Assembly (NCBI GenBank): GCA_964482335.1
Contig: CAYZXA010000001.1
Span: 24,983-88,982, forward strand
Direction: 5' to 3'
Length of the DNA stretch: 64,000 nucleotides
Source of the DNA: an uncultured Candidatus Saccharibacteria bacterium
GTDB lineage: Bacteria; Patescibacteriota; Minisyncoccia; Minisyncoccales; MHMH01
Each line of letters opens with the position of its first letter. The stretch's first letter is position 1. The translations under genes and the position numbers were made by a program. Below, piece after piece: positions 8,327 to 18,704 of this stretch. Under the pieces are notes generated by a model. It was given only the letters and a program-made list of their open reading frames with translations, did no database searches and was not told the origin of the DNA.

Positions 8327-9360
8327 AAGGATTAAAAAAAACCTTTAACTTAAATAATCCCAGAGAAAGAAAGGAGTATTTTGAATTGAAGGCTGGCCAA
8401 GAAATCAAGAAATTAAGAAACTACTTTAAAAGAGGCAATACTTTTATTGCCTATCTCGTGGGTAAGAAGAATTCTGGCAAAGGGACTTATGCTAAGATGT
8501 TTGCTGAAATTGTTGGTCCTCAATACATAGAGCATTTTTCCATTGGCGATATGATCAGGAGGGTTGATGAAGAATTAAAGGATAAAAAGAAGAAGAAAGA
8601 GCTGTTTGTCTTTTTGGAGAAGAACTACCGAGGCAAGTTTTCAATTAAAGAAATACTTTCTCTTCTAGCGAAAAGAAACACTTCAGCTCCTCTATTGCCA
8701 ACTGAATTGATTTTAACTTTAATTGAAAGAGAAATTGCCGAAAAGAAAAAGAAAACTCTCTTTATTGACGGTTTTCCTCGAGACCTAGACCAGATGAATT
8801 TTACCTTGTTTTTCCGTAACTTAATTGGCTACCGGGAAGATGATGATATTTTCATTCTTTTTAATGTTCCAGAGAAAGTTATTGACGAGAGAATGAAATA
8901 TCGCAGAGTTTGTCCTCGCTGCCATACTTCAAGGAATTTGAAATTACTACCAACTTCTAAATTAGGCTACGATCAAAAGAAAAAGGAATTTTACTTACTC
9001 TGCGATAATCCCAACTGCCAAGAAGTAAAAATGCTTCCTAAAGAAGGAGATGAAAAGGGGATTAAATCAATTAGGGCAAGGTTAATGAAAGCTGATCAAT
9101 TAATAAATCAGGCAGCCTCTCTCTACGGCATCCCCAAGGTTTATTTAAAAAATTCAGTCCCTAAAAGTTTAGCTTCCAAATTAGTTGATAACTACGAGCT
9201 TACTCCAGAATATAGTTATAAATGGAATGGCAAAGAAGTAAAGATTATAGAGAAACCTTGGGTATTTCCAGACGATGAAGGTAAACCTTCCTACAGTTTA
9301 CTTGCTGCAGCAGTTGTTCTTTCTTTGATCAAACAAACAACTAAGGTATTGAACCTATAA
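8296..9360 (+). CDS. adenylate-kinase-family paralogue, divergent, with N-terminal extension and Cys4 LID
   Basis: GKKNSGKGTYAKMF (P-loop), FSIGDMIRR, LFIDGFPRDLDQ, and LID CPRCH...CDNPNC align to Adk motifs; the true adk lies at 25040. Confidence 0.55.
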   Translation: MQFPVFNTKVKGLKKTFNLNNPRERKEYFELKAGQEIKKLRNYFKRGNTFIAYLVGKKNSGKGTYAKMFAEIVGPQYIEHFSIGDMIRRVDEELKDKKKKKELFVFLEKNYRGKFSIKEILSLLAKRNTSAPLLPTELILTLIEREIAEKKKKTLFIDGFPRDLDQMNFTLFFRNLIGYREDDDIFILFNVPEKVIDERMKYRRVCPRCHTSRNLKLLPTSKLGYDQKKKEFYLLCDNPNCQEVKMLPKEGDEKGIKSIRARLMKADQLINQAASLYGIPKVYLKNSVPKSLASKLVDNYELTPEYSYKWNGKEVKIIEKPWVFPDDEGKPSYSLLAAAVVLSLIKQTTKVLNL

Positions 9361-9543
9361 TTTCCTTGACAGTGATTTTTGTGATATAATAAGAGTAGCC
9401 CCGCTCATTTCTAGCAGATTCTGGGACAAACGTTCTTTTCGGGAGTCCTATATCTTGTAGTGCTTTCCATAGTGACTACATTGCGGACACCCACTTAAAT
9501 CATTTTCCAGAAGAATTCTCTAGAAAAGGCAGGGCTCAAAAAA

Positions 9544-9565
9544 TCCGGCAAGCGCCGGACTTTTT
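9544..9565. terminator. bidirectional hairpin terminator
   Basis: TCCGGC-aagc-GCCGGA flanked by A-run upstream and T-run downstream; lies 3' of tRNA-Pro (minus strand) and of a possible plus-strand sRNA. Confidence 0.45.
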
Positions 9566-9573
9566 GAATACTT

Positions 9574-9644
9574 TCGGGCTGCTGGGAATTGAACCCAGTT
9601 CGCAGAGCCCCCAGCTCTGCATAATACCAATATACCACAGCCCG
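9574..9644 (-). tRNA. tRNA-Pro (anticodon GGG)
   Basis: Reverse complement folds with 7-bp acceptor CGGGCTG/CAGCCCG, T-arm CTGGG-TTCAATT-CCCAG, anticodon loop CTGGGGG; discriminator A. Confidence 0.7.
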
Positions 9645-9645
9645 T

Positions 9646-9834
9646 TTATTTCTTTTTTGTTATTGTTTTGATGCATCTGGCACAGGCTTTGACTCTTTTA
9701 CCAGAAGCTAAAGTTACCCATTGGAGATTTGGGTATTTTCTTTTTTTAATGGTTGGATTGTACTTTCCCCTGAGTTTCTTTAATTTCCAAACCATCTTGC
9801 CTGTTTTTCCGCAGATAGCGCATTGTTTAGCCAT
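9646..9834 (-). CDS. rpmB: 50S ribosomal protein L28
   Basis: MAKQCAICGKTGKMVWKL...YPNLQWV typical bL28. Confidence 0.85.
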   Translation of the reverse strand: MAKQCAICGKTGKMVWKLKKLRGKYNPTIKKRKYPNLQWVTLASGKRVKACARCIKTITKKK

Positions 9835-9891
9835 GTATCAACATTCTATCAGAGTTTTTTATTTTTTTCAAGTTATGATAGCATTAGGATA

Positions 9892-10509
9892 ATGGAAGTT
9901 TTATTTTTAATTGTTATTTTAATTTTTTCCATTGTTATTCATGAAGTCTCTCATGGGGCAATGGCAAATCATTTAGGTGATCCGACAGCTAAATATGCCG
10001 GCCGGCTTACCTTGAATCCACTCAAACATTTAGATCCAATTGGTTCTGTTATTGTGCCGGTTTTTTTAATTCTTACGACGGGTACAGGCATTGGTTGGGC
10101 AAAGCCAGTACCAATTAATCCCTCAAATTTTCGAGACCAAAAATACGGTTCTTTAAAGGTAGCTATTGCTGGTCCTGGGGCAAATTTAGTTGTAGCCTTG
10201 ATTTTCGGATTAGTTATTCGTTTCGGCTTTACTTTTTTGCCCGGTAGCTTAATTTCTATTTTCTCTTCAATTGTCTTCCTTAATATACTTTTAGCTGTGT
10301 TCAATTTAATACCTATTCCTCCTTTAGATGGTTCACATGTTCTTTTTACTTTTTTACCTTATTCAATGCAAAACATAAAAATATTTCTAAGCCAATTTGG
10401 TTTTTTCATTTTAATTTTTCTTATTTTCTTTTTTCCGTGGTTTCGTAGTCTTTTGTTTTATATTGTTAATTTCATTTTTTCTTTCATTGTTGGCGCACCA
10501 CTATATTAA
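9892..10509 (+). CDS. site-2 protease family (M50) membrane metalloprotease
   Basis: HEVSHGAMANHLGD HExxH motif in a TM helix and LDGSHVL second motif; start moved to the internal ATG 9892 (MEVLFLIV...). Confidence 0.7.
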   Translation: MEVLFLIVILIFSIVIHEVSHGAMANHLGDPTAKYAGRLTLNPLKHLDPIGSVIVPVFLILTTGTGIGWAKPVPINPSNFRDQKYGSLKVAIAGPGANLVVALIFGLVIRFGFTFLPGSLISIFSSIVFLNILLAVFNLIPIPPLDGSHVLFTFLPYSMQNIKIFLSQFGFFILIFLIFFFPWFRSLLFYIVNFIFSFIVGAPLY

Positions 10510-10552
10510 CTGACATTTTATTGGTCGAGGATTAGCTTCGATCACTTTTATA

Positions 10553-10581
10553 TTGACGAAAGCTCTTATTTCTGTTAAATT
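10553..10581 (+). promoter_or_regulatory. putative promoter TTGACG-N17-TAAATT; predicted TSS at or near the rpsL ATG (leaderless)
   Basis: Sequence motif only. Confidence 0.35.
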
Positions 10582-10588
10582 ATAAAAT

Positions 10589-10999
10589 ATGCCAACAATT
10601 CATCAACTGATTAAAAAGGGTAGGAAAAAAACAAAAAGGCGAACACAGGCGCCTGCTTTAGAATTTGGTTTTAATATTTTAAGAAATAGGCCAAAGACCT
10701 ATGCATCTCCTTTTAAGAGAGGGGTTTGTTTAAAAGTCTTTACAGCTACTCCCAAAAAGCCAAACTCTGCCTTGAGAAAAGTAGCCAGAGTTCGTTTGAC
10801 CAACGGCATGGAAGTAACCGCCTATATTCCTGGCGAAGGTCATAATCTACAAGAGCACTCAGTTGTTTTAATTCGAGGGGGCAGGGTTAAGGATTTGCCT
10901 GGCGTTAGATATCATGTTATCAGAGGTGTTTTAGATAGTGGCGGAGTAGAAGGTCGTAAAAGAGAAAGAAGTAAATACGGTACTAAAAAGACAGAATAA
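10589..10999 (+). CDS. rpsL: 30S ribosomal protein S12
   Basis: [14 protein letters not shown]...[11 protein letters not shown]. Confidence 0.97.
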   Translation: MPTIHQLIKKGRKKTKRRTQAPALEFGFNILRNRPKTYASPFKRGVCLKVFTATPKKPNSALRKVARVRLTNGMEVTAYIPGEGHNLQEHSVVLIRGGRVKDLPGVRYHVIRGVLDSGGVEGRKRERSKYGTKKTE

Positions 11000-11001
11000 T
11001 T

Positions 11002-11469
11002 ATGGCCAGAGGTAAGACAATAAAAAGAGAAATAGCGCCCGATCCTGTTTACAGCAATGTAATAGTCAGCAAGTTCATCAATCAGATTATGAGAAAAGGT
11101 AAAAAAACCATTGCTCGTAAGATTGTTTACCGAGCTTTTGATATTATTAAAGAAAAGACCAAAAAAGATCCTTTGGAGGTTTTTGAAAAAGCCTTGCAAA
11201 ATGCTTCTCCTTTGCTGGAAGTTAAGTCAAAAAGAGTTGGTGGGGCTACCTACCAGGTACCAAGAGAGGTTAGAGGTGACAGAAGAATGACCCTAGCTAT
11301 GAGATGGATTATTACTGCTGCCCGTTCTAAAAAAGGCAGGCCAATGAGAGAGAAATTGGCAGAAGAATTAATTTTAGCTTCTAATAATGAAGGAACAGCT
11401 ATTAAAAAGAAGGAAGATACCCACCGCATGGCTGAAGCTAACCGTGCTTTTGCTCATTTTGCCTGGTAA
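11002..11469 (+). CDS. rpsG: 30S ribosomal protein S7
   Basis: Conserved uS7 sequence. Confidence 0.97.
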   Translation: MARGKTIKREIAPDPVYSNVIVSKFINQIMRKGKKTIARKIVYRAFDIIKEKTKKDPLEVFEKALQNASPLLEVKSKRVGGATYQVPREVRGDRRMTLAMRWIITAARSKKGRPMREKLAEELILASNNEGTAIKKKEDTHRMAEANRAFAHFAW

Positions 11470-11474
11470 TTACT

Positions 11475-13565
11475 ATGCCAAGAAAATATCCAATTGAAAA
11501 AATTAGAGATATTGGCATTATTGCCCACATTGACGCCGGTAAAACTACTATGACCGAGCGAGTTTTATTTTACACCGGTATCTCTCATAAGATTGGTGAG
11601 GTTCACGAAGGAAAAGCCATTATGGACTGGATGGCTCAAGAAAGAGAAAGGGGTATTACCATAACTTCAGCTGCTACCACTTGTTTTTGGAAAACAGGAA
11701 AAGGAGACGAACATAGTATCAATATTATTGATACACCCGGCCACATTGATTTTACAGCTGAAGTGCAAAGGTCTTTAAGAGTTTTAGACGGGGCTGTTGT
11801 TGTTTTTGACGGAGTGGCTGGCGTTGAGCCCCAGTCAGAAACTGTCTGGCGTCAGGCAGACAAATTTAAAGTTCCTCGCATCTGCTTCATTAACAAATTA
11901 GATAGAGTTGGCGCTTCTTTTGAGAAAAGCTTGGGTTCAATCTGGGAGAAATTAACTCCTAATGCTGTAGCCATGCAGATTCCCATTGGGGTCGAAGAGA
12001 AGCTCGAAGGAGTTATTGACCTTTTAACCATGAAAGCTTTGAGATTTGAAGGAGATTTTGGTCAGAATCTCAAAGAAGAAGAGATCCCTAAAGATTTGGC
12101 AGAAGAAGCCAAGAAGTGGCAAGAGAAATTGATTGAAAAGATTGCTGCTGAAGACGAAAAGTTGCTTGAAAACTATTTGGCTGGTAAAGAACTTTCAGTT
12201 GATGAGTTGAGAAAAGTTTTAAGGAAGGCGGTTTTAGAATATAAGTTAGTACCGGTCTTTTGCGGTTCTGCTTTAAAAAATAAAGGAATACAGGCAGTGC
12301 TTGATGCGGTCATCTATTATCTGCCTTCACCAAATGATTTACCGCCAGTCAAAGGCACTGATCCCAAAACAGGCAAAGAGGTTGAAAGAAAACCAGAGGA
12401 CAAAGAGGCTTTCTCTGCTTTAGCTTTCAAAGTAGCCACTGATCCTTATGTTGGTGCTCTGACTTATTTTAGGGTTTATTCCGGCACTTTAAAAAAAGGC
12501 TCCTATATTTTAAATACAAGCACTTCAGAGAAAGAAAGGATTGGCCGTATTTTAAGAATGCATGCTGCAGAGAGAGAAGAGGTGTCCGAACTCTTTACTG
12601 GTGATATTGCTGCCACCATTGGCTTAAAAAACACTTCAACCGGCCATACTTTGTGCGATGAATCGCATCCCATAGTTTTGGAGAAAATTGTCTTTCCTGA
12701 ACCGGTTATTTCTATTCGTATTGAGCCAAAGACAAAAGCTGACCAGGAGAAAATGGGTCTGGCCTTGAAAAGACTTTCTGAAGAGGATCCAACTTTTCGG
12801 GTCAAGGGAGACATTGAGACTGGTGAAACAATTATTTCTGGCATGGGCGAGCTGCACTTGGAAATTATTGCTGATAGAATGAAAAGAGAATTCAAGGTAG
12901 AAGCTTCTGTCGGCAGGCCCCAAGTAGCTTACAAAGAAACAATTAAAAATGAGGCAGAAGCTGAAGGAAAATATATTCGTCAGTCTGGCGGCCGGGGTCA
13001 ATATGGTCATGTTTGGCTGAAAGTTGAACCTAAAGATAGGGGACAGGGTTTTGAATTTATCAATGAGATAAAAGGAGGCATCATCCCTCAAGAATTCATT
13101 CCAGCTGTCGGAAAAGGAGTCAAAGAAGCTATGGACAAGGGAGTGGTCGCTGGCTACCCCATGGTTGATATACAAGTTACTTTATATGATGGTTCTTATC
13201 ATGAGGTTGATTCTTCTGAGGTGGCTTTTAAAATAGCTGGTTCCCAGGCCTTGCAGTCAGCTTGTAAAAAAGCTAAAGCTGTGCTTCTAGAACCTGTTAT
13301 GAAACTGGAGGTAGTCGTGCCCTCTGGCTTCTTAGGAGATGCTATTGGTGATTTATCAGCTCGTCGGGGAAAAATACAAGAAACCAAAGATAGGCTCAAC
13401 ACGAAAATTGTTGATGCTAAAGTGCCTTTGTCTGAGATGTTCGGTTATGCTACATCCTTGAGGTCATTGACTGAAGGCAGGGGAACCTTTACTATGGAGT
13501 TTGACAAGTATGAGGAAGTGCCTCAGAACATAGCTCAAGAAATAGTTGAAGGTAAACGCAAATAA
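11475..13565 (+). CDS. fusA: elongation factor G
   Basis: [10 protein letters not shown]1 motif, 696 aa. Confidence 0.97.
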   Translation: MPRKYPIEKIRDIGIIAHIDAGKTTMTERVLFYTGISHKIGEVHEGKAIMDWMAQERERGITITSAATTCFWKTGKGDEHSINIIDTPGHIDFTAEVQRSLRVLDGAVVVFDGVAGVEPQSETVWRQADKFKVPRICFINKLDRVGASFEKSLGSIWEKLTPNAVAMQIPIGVEEKLEGVIDLLTMKALRFEGDFGQNLKEEEIPKDLAEEAKKWQEKLIEKIAAEDEKLLENYLAGKELSVDELRKVLRKAVLEYKLVPVFCGSALKNKGIQAVLDAVIYYLPSPNDLPPVKGTDPKTGKEVERKPEDKEAFSALAFKVATDPYVGALTYFRVYSGTLKKGSYILNTSTSEKERIGRILRMHAAEREEVSELFTGDIAATIGLKNTSTGHTLCDESHPIVLEKIVFPEPVISIRIEPKTKADQEKMGLALKRLSEEDPTFRVKGDIETGETIISGMGELHLEIIADRMKREFKVEASVGRPQVAYKETIKNEAEAEGKYIRQSGGRGQYGHVWLKVEPKDRGQGFEFINEIKGGIIPQEFIPAVGKGVKEAMDKGVVAGYPMVDIQVTLYDGSYHEVDSSEVAFKIAGSQALQSACKKAKAVLLEPVMKLEVVVPSGFLGDAIGDLSARRGKIQETKDRLNTKIVDAKVPLSEMFGYATSLRSLTEGRGTFTMEFDKYEEVPQNIAQEIVEGKRK

Positions 13566-13566
13566 C

Positions 13567-13767
13567 ATGGATTTAAATGAAATTAGACAATTTATTGAAG
13601 AAGAGGGAGGGAAATTTATCATTGTTGAAAACGGCAAGCCAGTCATGGTTATTACTTCTTTTGAAGATTATAAAAAAAAGAAGTTAAGTCCGGAGAAAAA
13701 AGCGAAGAAGCTAGTTTCAGCTGAATCAGAAGAAGAGGACTTGAAGATCGAAGATTTGCCATTTTAG
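13567..13767 (+). CDS. small acidic protein, Phd/YefM-antitoxin-like N-terminus (hypothetical)
   Basis: MDLNEIRQFIEEEGGKFIIVENGKPVMVITSFEDYKK resembles the Phd/YefM fold signature; ATG 2 nt after the fusA stop (track ORF 13546 trimmed). Confidence 0.35.
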   Translation: MDLNEIRQFIEEEGGKFIIVENGKPVMVITSFEDYKKKKLSPEKKAKKLVSAESEEEDLKIEDLPF

Positions 13768-13769
13768 TA

Positions 13770-13798
13770 TTGACATTTCCTTTTTAGTTTATTAAGAT
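13770..13798 (+). promoter_or_regulatory. promoter TTGACA-N17-TAAGAT upstream of tuf
   Basis: Perfect -35, 17-nt spacer, recurrent TAAGAT -10. Confidence 0.45.
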
Positions 13799-13840
13799 AA
13801 TAATTAGTAATAATAATTAATCATTAATCAAATAAAAATT

Positions 13841-15040
13841 ATGGCAGAGAAAGAAAAATTTGTTAGAGGAAAACCCCACGTTAATATTGGGACTATTGGT
13901 CATGTTGACCATGGCAAAACTACACTAACAGCGGCCATCCTTCACGTGCTTAAACTAAAGGGTTTCCATGTGTCGGAGAAAAGCGTGGATCAAATTGATT
14001 CCGCTCCAGAAGAGAAAGCTCGTGGTTTGACCATTGCAGTTTCTCACTTAGAGTACGAAACCGAAAAAAGGCATTATGCCCATATTGACTGCCCAGGTCA
14101 TGCTGACTACATTAAAAACATGATTACTGGTGCTGCTCAGATGGATGGTGCTATTTTGGTCGTTTCTGCTCCTGATGGACCTATGCCTCAGACCAGAGAG
14201 CACATTCTTTTAGCTCGTCAGGTTGGTTTGCCTTCAATCGTTGTTTTTTTAAACAAGTGCGATGCGGTTGATGACCCAGAAATCATTGATTTAGTTGAAT
14301 CAGAGGTCAGAGAACTTTTAAAGAAATATAAGTACCCGGGAGATGAAATTCCAATTATCCGTGGTTCAGCTCTTAAGGCCTTAGAGGCTAAATCAGCTGA
14401 CGATGAGGCAGCCAAGCCAATCTTAGATTTAGTTAAGGCTTTGGATGAATCTATTCCTGAGCCGGTTCGTGAAATTAACAAGCCCTTCTTGATGGCAGTG
14501 GAGGATGTTTTCTCTATTGCTGGTAGAGGTACTGTGGCTACGGGCCGAATTGAAAGAGGTATTGTCAAATCTAATGAAGAAATAGAATTAATTGGCATCC
14601 GACCAACTGCTAAAACTACTGCTGTCAGTGTTGAGATGTTTAACAAGATATTGGACGAAGGAAGAGCTGGTGACAACGTTGGTGTTCTCTTGAGAGGGCT
14701 TAAGAAAGAAGACGTAGAAAGAGGGCAAGTTTTAGCCAAGCCCAGTTCCATTACCCCTCATACCGAATTTGAAGGTGAGATTTATATTTTGACTAAAGAA
14801 GAAGGAGGTCGTCACACTCCTTTCTTCCCTGGCTACAAGCCACAGTTTTACATTAGAACGACTGATGTGACAGGTGATGTTACTTTACCAGAAGGCACAG
14901 AAATGGTTATGCCTGGAGATACGGTTAACTTAAAGATTAAGTTAATTGCTCCAGTGGCTTTGGAGGAACAGCAAAGATTTGCTATTCGTGAAGGTGGTAA
15001 AACAGTTGGCGCAGGCGTTGTTACAAAAATAATTAAATAA
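13841..15040 (+). CDS. tuf: elongation factor Tu
   Basis: [13 protein letters not shown], 399 aa; no SD upstream. Confidence 0.97.
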   Translation: MAEKEKFVRGKPHVNIGTIGHVDHGKTTLTAAILHVLKLKGFHVSEKSVDQIDSAPEEKARGLTIAVSHLEYETEKRHYAHIDCPGHADYIKNMITGAAQMDGAILVVSAPDGPMPQTREHILLARQVGLPSIVVFLNKCDAVDDPEIIDLVESEVRELLKKYKYPGDEIPIIRGSALKALEAKSADDEAAKPILDLVKALDESIPEPVREINKPFLMAVEDVFSIAGRGTVATGRIERGIVKSNEEIELIGIRPTAKTTAVSVEMFNKILDEGRAGDNVGVLLRGLKKEDVERGQVLAKPSSITPHTEFEGEIYILTKEEGGRHTPFFPGYKPQFYIRTTDVTGDVTLPEGTEMVMPGDTVNLKIKLIAPVALEEQQRFAIREGGKTVGAGVVTKIIK

Positions 15041-15381
15041 TGCCTAAAAAAAAGAAAGAAGCTACCGAGGTAGAGGTTCGCCCCAAGCTGCGTATTAAGC
15101 TTCGGGCTTATGATCATAAGGTCATTGATAAGAGTGCTCGCGAGATCTGTGAGACGGCTTTGCGTTACGGCTCTGAGATTTTAGGGCCGGTTCCTTTGCC
15201 AACAGAAATTCACAAGTATACGGTCAACCGGTCAAGTTTTGTGCACAAGGACGCAAGAGAGCAGTTTGAGATGAGAGTGCATAAAAGACTGATTGATATC
15301 TTAAATCCTTCCTCAAGAGTGATAGATGCTTTAACGAGCTTAACCTTGCCAGCCGGTGTTGATATTGAGATCAAAATGTAA
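15040..15381 (+). CDS. rpsJ: 30S ribosomal protein S10
   Basis: Conserved uS10. Confidence 0.95.
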   Translation: MPKKKKEATEVEVRPKLRIKLRAYDHKVIDKSAREICETALRYGSEILGPVPLPTEIHKYTVNRSSFVHKDAREQFEMRVHKRLIDILNPSSRVIDALTSLTLPAGVDIEIKM

Positions 15382-15449
15382 TATAATAAAAATGGCGGTG
15401 AATACCAAATCTTAAAATCTTAATTCATCTTAAATAGCCAGAGGAAATA

Positions 15450-15470
15450 CCGGGCTATGCCCGGTTTTCT
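15450..15470 (+). terminator. hairpin plus U-tract between rpsJ and rplC (attenuator-like)
   Basis: CCGGGC-tat-GCCCGG TTTTCT. Confidence 0.35.
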
Positions 15471-15480
15471 ATTGAAAAGT

Positions 15481-16071
15481 ATGAAATTTATCCTTGGATT
15501 AAAATTAGAAATGTCTCAGGTATTTGACGAGAAAGGGAATATAGTTCCTGTAACTTTGATTGAAGCAGGGCCTTGTACCGTAACTCAGATTAAGACAAAA
15601 GACAAAGACGGCTATGATTCTTTGCAAATCGGTTTTAAAAAAATAGAGAAAAAAAACAAGATTAAAAAACCAATGAAGAAAAAGCCGTTTCGTTTTCTGC
15701 GGGAGTTCCAAGACGGTGAACATAAGATAGGGGCTGAAATTGATGTTTCTCTTTTCCAAGAAGGGGACATGGTTAAGGTTTCTGGAGTGTCAAAAGGAAA
15801 GGGTTTCCAGGGAGCCGTTAAAAGATGGGGGTTTTCTGGCAGAGATGCCACTCATGGCGTTAAGCACGAGCATCGTACCTTAGGTTCGGTTGGTACAACC
15901 GGTCCTCAAAGAGTCATTAAGGGAAAGAAGATGCCAGGCCGCATGGGTCAAGACCGAGTGACTGTTAAAAACTTAAAAATTGTCAGAATTGACAAAGAGA
16001 ACAATTTATTAGCAGTTAAGGGAGCTGTGCCTGGGAAAAGGGGCACACTTTTAGAAATTTATGAAGGTTAA
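15481..16071 (+). CDS. rplC: 50S ribosomal protein L3
   Basis: MKFILGLKLEMSQVFDEKGN; start set to the internal ATG after the hairpin. Confidence 0.92.
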   Translation: MKFILGLKLEMSQVFDEKGNIVPVTLIEAGPCTVTQIKTKDKDGYDSLQIGFKKIEKKNKIKKPMKKKPFRFLREFQDGEHKIGAEIDVSLFQEGDMVKVSGVSKGKGFQGAVKRWGFSGRDATHGVKHEHRTLGSVGTTGPQRVIKGKKMPGRMGQDRVTVKNLKIVRIDKENNLLAVKGAVPGKRGTLLEIYEG

Positions 16072-16690
16072 TTTCTATGATCAGCAGGGTAAACAAGCAG
16101 GTCAAACCTTACTACCAAAGGAGATTTTTGATGTGAAGTTTAACCCAGATTTAGTTCATCAGGTGGTTGTTTCTCAAATGGCCAATCGTCGCCAAGTTAT
16201 TGCTCATACTAAAGGCAAAGGAGAAGTGAGGGGTGGCGGCAGAAAACCTTGGCGGCAGAAAGGTACGGGCAGAGCCAGAGTAGGTTCAATTCGTTCGCCA
16301 ATTTGGCGAGGGGGCGGTATAACTTTCGGTCCAACCAAAAAAAGAGTATTTAAGAAAAAGATTAACAAAAAAATGAAGAGAAAAGCTCTTTTGATGGTTT
16401 TGTCAGCCAAAGCAAAGAATAACTCGCTCATTTTGATGGACGCTTTAAAGATTGAAAAACCCAAGACACAATTAATGGCTGAGATATTAAGGAAACTGCC
16501 GTGCAAAGAAAGAAGTTCTTTGATCGTTTTACCTGCTATAAATCAGAATATTATTAAAGCTACTAAGAACCTTTCTCAATCTGAAACAATCCAGGCAAAA
16601 GATTTAAATACTTTAGATTTACTTAATTTTAAATATTTAGTTATGCCAAAAGAGGCAATTAAAATAATAAAACAAACCTTTTTGAAATAA
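16061..16690 (+). CDS. rplD: 50S ribosomal protein L4
   Basis: Conserved uL4. Confidence 0.93.
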   Translation: MKVNFYDQQGKQAGQTLLPKEIFDVKFNPDLVHQVVVSQMANRRQVIAHTKGKGEVRGGGRKPWRQKGTGRARVGSIRSPIWRGGGITFGPTKKRVFKKKINKKMKRKALLMVLSAKAKNNSLILMDALKIEKPKTQLMAEILRKLPCKERSSLIVLPAINQNIIKATKNLSQSETIQAKDLNTLDLLNFKYLVMPKEAIKIIKQTFLK

Positions 16691-16692
16691 TC

Positions 16693-17145
16693 ATGGCTTT
16701 ATTAGATATTTTTAGAAAAAAGAAGAAGGTGGAAGAGAAAAAGAAAGAAAAGAAAGTTAAGAAAATAGCAAAGAAGATTGTTGAGAAACCCAAAGTTAAG
16801 CCTGTCAAAAAAACCAAAGCTCCGGTTAAGGCCAAAATTCCTGTAAGGCCCAAGAAAATCTCTGAAGTAGCTCCTAGAGTTTTGGAAAAGCCTCATGTGA
16901 CAGAGAAAGCTACTGATTTAACCAAAAACAATCAATATGTTTTCAAAGTTTTTCCAAGAAGCAACAAGAAAGAGATAACCAAAGCGATTGAGGATCTTTA
17001 CGGAGTAGATGTGGTTTCAGTTAAGATTGTTAATATTCCTCGCAAAGCACGAAGGTTGGGCAGGGTTGAAGGCTGGAGAAAGGGATACAAGAAAGCCATT
17101 ATTAAGGTAAAAGAAGGCCAAAAGATAGAAGTTTTACCAAGGTAA
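16693..17145 (+). CDS. rplW: 50S ribosomal protein L23 with Lys-rich N-terminal extension
   Basis: C-terminal uL23 core; ~60-aa KKKEKK extension. Confidence 0.9.
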   Translation: MALLDIFRKKKKVEEKKKEKKVKKIAKKIVEKPKVKPVKKTKAPVKAKIPVRPKKISEVAPRVLEKPHVTEKATDLTKNNQYVFKVFPRSNKKEITKAIEDLYGVDVVSVKIVNIPRKARRLGRVEGWRKGYKKAIIKVKEGQKIEVLPR

Positions 17146-17148
17146 AAT

Positions 17149-17949
17149 ATGTTGAAGAATCAATCGACAAAAGAAGACTTTAAAATGTTGACTAAGAAAA
17201 AGCCTGAAAAGAGGTTAGTTTTGAGATTGCAGCAAAAGGCTGGCAGAGCTACTTCTGGCAGGATAACAGTCAGGCACAAGGGCGGCGGAGCTAAAAAGCT
17301 TTACCGTATTATTGATTTCGGCCAAGAGAAACTCAATATAAAAGCAAAAGTTATCAGCTTAGAATACGATCCCTATCGTACCTCTTTCATTGCTCTCTTG
17401 GAATATGAAAATGGCGACAAGCGCTACCGTATAGCTCCCCAGCATTTAAAAGTTGGCGACGATGTTATTTGCCAAGAGAAAGCTGATTTAAAGCCTGGCA
17501 ACCGCATGAAATTAAAGAATATTCCTGTGGGTACCATAGTTTACAATATTGAGATTATTCCAGGTGGAGGCGGTAAACTAGCGAAAGGAGCAGGTACTGG
17601 GGCTGAAGTTTTGGCCCACGAAGGAAAATATGCTCATTTGGAAATGCCTTCTACCGAAGTCAGACAAATACTTCAGGAATGTTTTGCTTCGGTTGGCGCT
17701 GTCTCCAGGCCGGAAAAGCGTTACATGAAATTAGGCAAAGCAGGGAGGGCTCGCCATAGGGGTCGAAGGCCTTCTGTCAGAGGTACAGCTATGGTTCCTG
17801 CTGATCATCCGCATGGCGGAGGAGAAGGGAAAGCGCCAATTGGCTTAAAATACCCAAAGACTCCTTGGGGCAAGCCAGCGTTAGGAGTTAAAACAAGAAA
17901 GAGGAGATGGACAGATAAATATATTATTCAAAGAAGACGTAAGAAATAA
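17149..17949 (+). CDS. rplB: 50S ribosomal protein L2
   Basis: Conserved uL2 (GGGxKxLYRxIDF...HPHGGGEG). Confidence 0.95.
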   Translation: MLKNQSTKEDFKMLTKKKPEKRLVLRLQQKAGRATSGRITVRHKGGGAKKLYRIIDFGQEKLNIKAKVISLEYDPYRTSFIALLEYENGDKRYRIAPQHLKVGDDVICQEKADLKPGNRMKLKNIPVGTIVYNIEIIPGGGGKLAKGAGTGAEVLAHEGKYAHLEMPSTEVRQILQECFASVGAVSRPEKRYMKLGKAGRARHRGRRPSVRGTAMVPADHPHGGGEGKAPIGLKYPKTPWGKPALGVKTRKRRWTDKYIIQRRRKK

Positions 17950-17950
17950 T

Positions 17951-18286
17951 ATGGCAAGAAGTCTTAAAAAGGGTCCGTATGTGGCCCAAAAACTATTAAA
18001 GAAGATTAAAGATTTAAAGCCTGGCACTAAAACCATTATTAAGACCTGGTGCAGGGCGTGCACCATTACTCCGGAGATGGTTGGCTTTACTTTTGGTGTA
18101 CATAATGGCAAAGAACATGTGCCAGTCTATATTTCAGAAGATATGGTCGGTCACAAATTAGGTGAGTTTGCTTCAACCACCAAATTCGGCAGGCACGGTG
18201 GCAGAATGCAGAGAGAAACGGAGGCAAAACAAACCGAGCAAGAAGCAGCCAAATTAGAAGAAGCAAAAGGAGAAAAATCAGAATAA
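17951..18286 (+). CDS. rpsS: 30S ribosomal protein S19 with C-terminal extension
   Basis: [11 protein letters not shown]... Confidence 0.95.
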   Translation: MARSLKKGPYVAQKLLKKIKDLKPGTKTIIKTWCRACTITPEMVGFTFGVHNGKEHVPVYISEDMVGHKLGEFASTTKFGRHGGRMQRETEAKQTEQEAAKLEEAKGEKSE

Positions 18287-18290
18287 TTTT

Positions 18291-18704
18291 ATGCCTTTTC
18301 AAGCCACTTTACGATATTTAAGAATAGCTCCCAGGAAAGTCAGGTTGGTCGCTGACTTGATTCGCGGTAAGTCAGTTGAGCAGGCTCAGACTGTTTTGAA
18401 ATTCACTATTAAGGGAGCAGCTCTTCCTTTATTAAAGCTTTTAAACTCAGCTGCAGCTAATGCTAAGAGCAAAGAGTCCTCTGCCAGCAACCTTTACATA
18501 TCAAAGATTACTGTTGATGAAGGGCCAAAGTACAAAAGATGGATGCCTCGAGCTAGAGGCCAGGCCTATGAAATACAGAAGAGAACCTCTCACGTGACTA
18601 TAGTTTTATCAGAGATTAAGAAAAAGGTAGCCCAAAAACCCAAAAAGAAAAGCCGTAAGCTTTCCGTAGAAAAGGCTAAAAAAACTAAAAAACATGTCAC
18701 ATAA
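18291..18704 (+). CDS. rplV: 50S ribosomal protein L22
   Basis: Conserved uL22. Confidence 0.93.
   Translation: MPFQATLRYLRIAPRKVRLVADLIRGKSVEQAQTVLKFTIKGAALPLLKLLNSAAANAKSKESSASNLYISKITVDEGPKYKRWMPRARGQAYEIQKRTSHVTIVLSEIKKKVAQKPKKKSRKLSVEKAKKTKKHVT

Noticed and set aside
9668-9892. Plus-strand ORF antisense to rpmB
   Set aside because: Overlaps the conserved L28 gene on the opposite strand; hydrophobic junk translation
12503-13646. Several minus-strand ORFs within fusA
   Set aside because: Antisense to EF-G; no conserved features
14218-15117. Minus-strand ORFs within tuf/rpsJ
   Set aside because: Antisense to highly conserved genes
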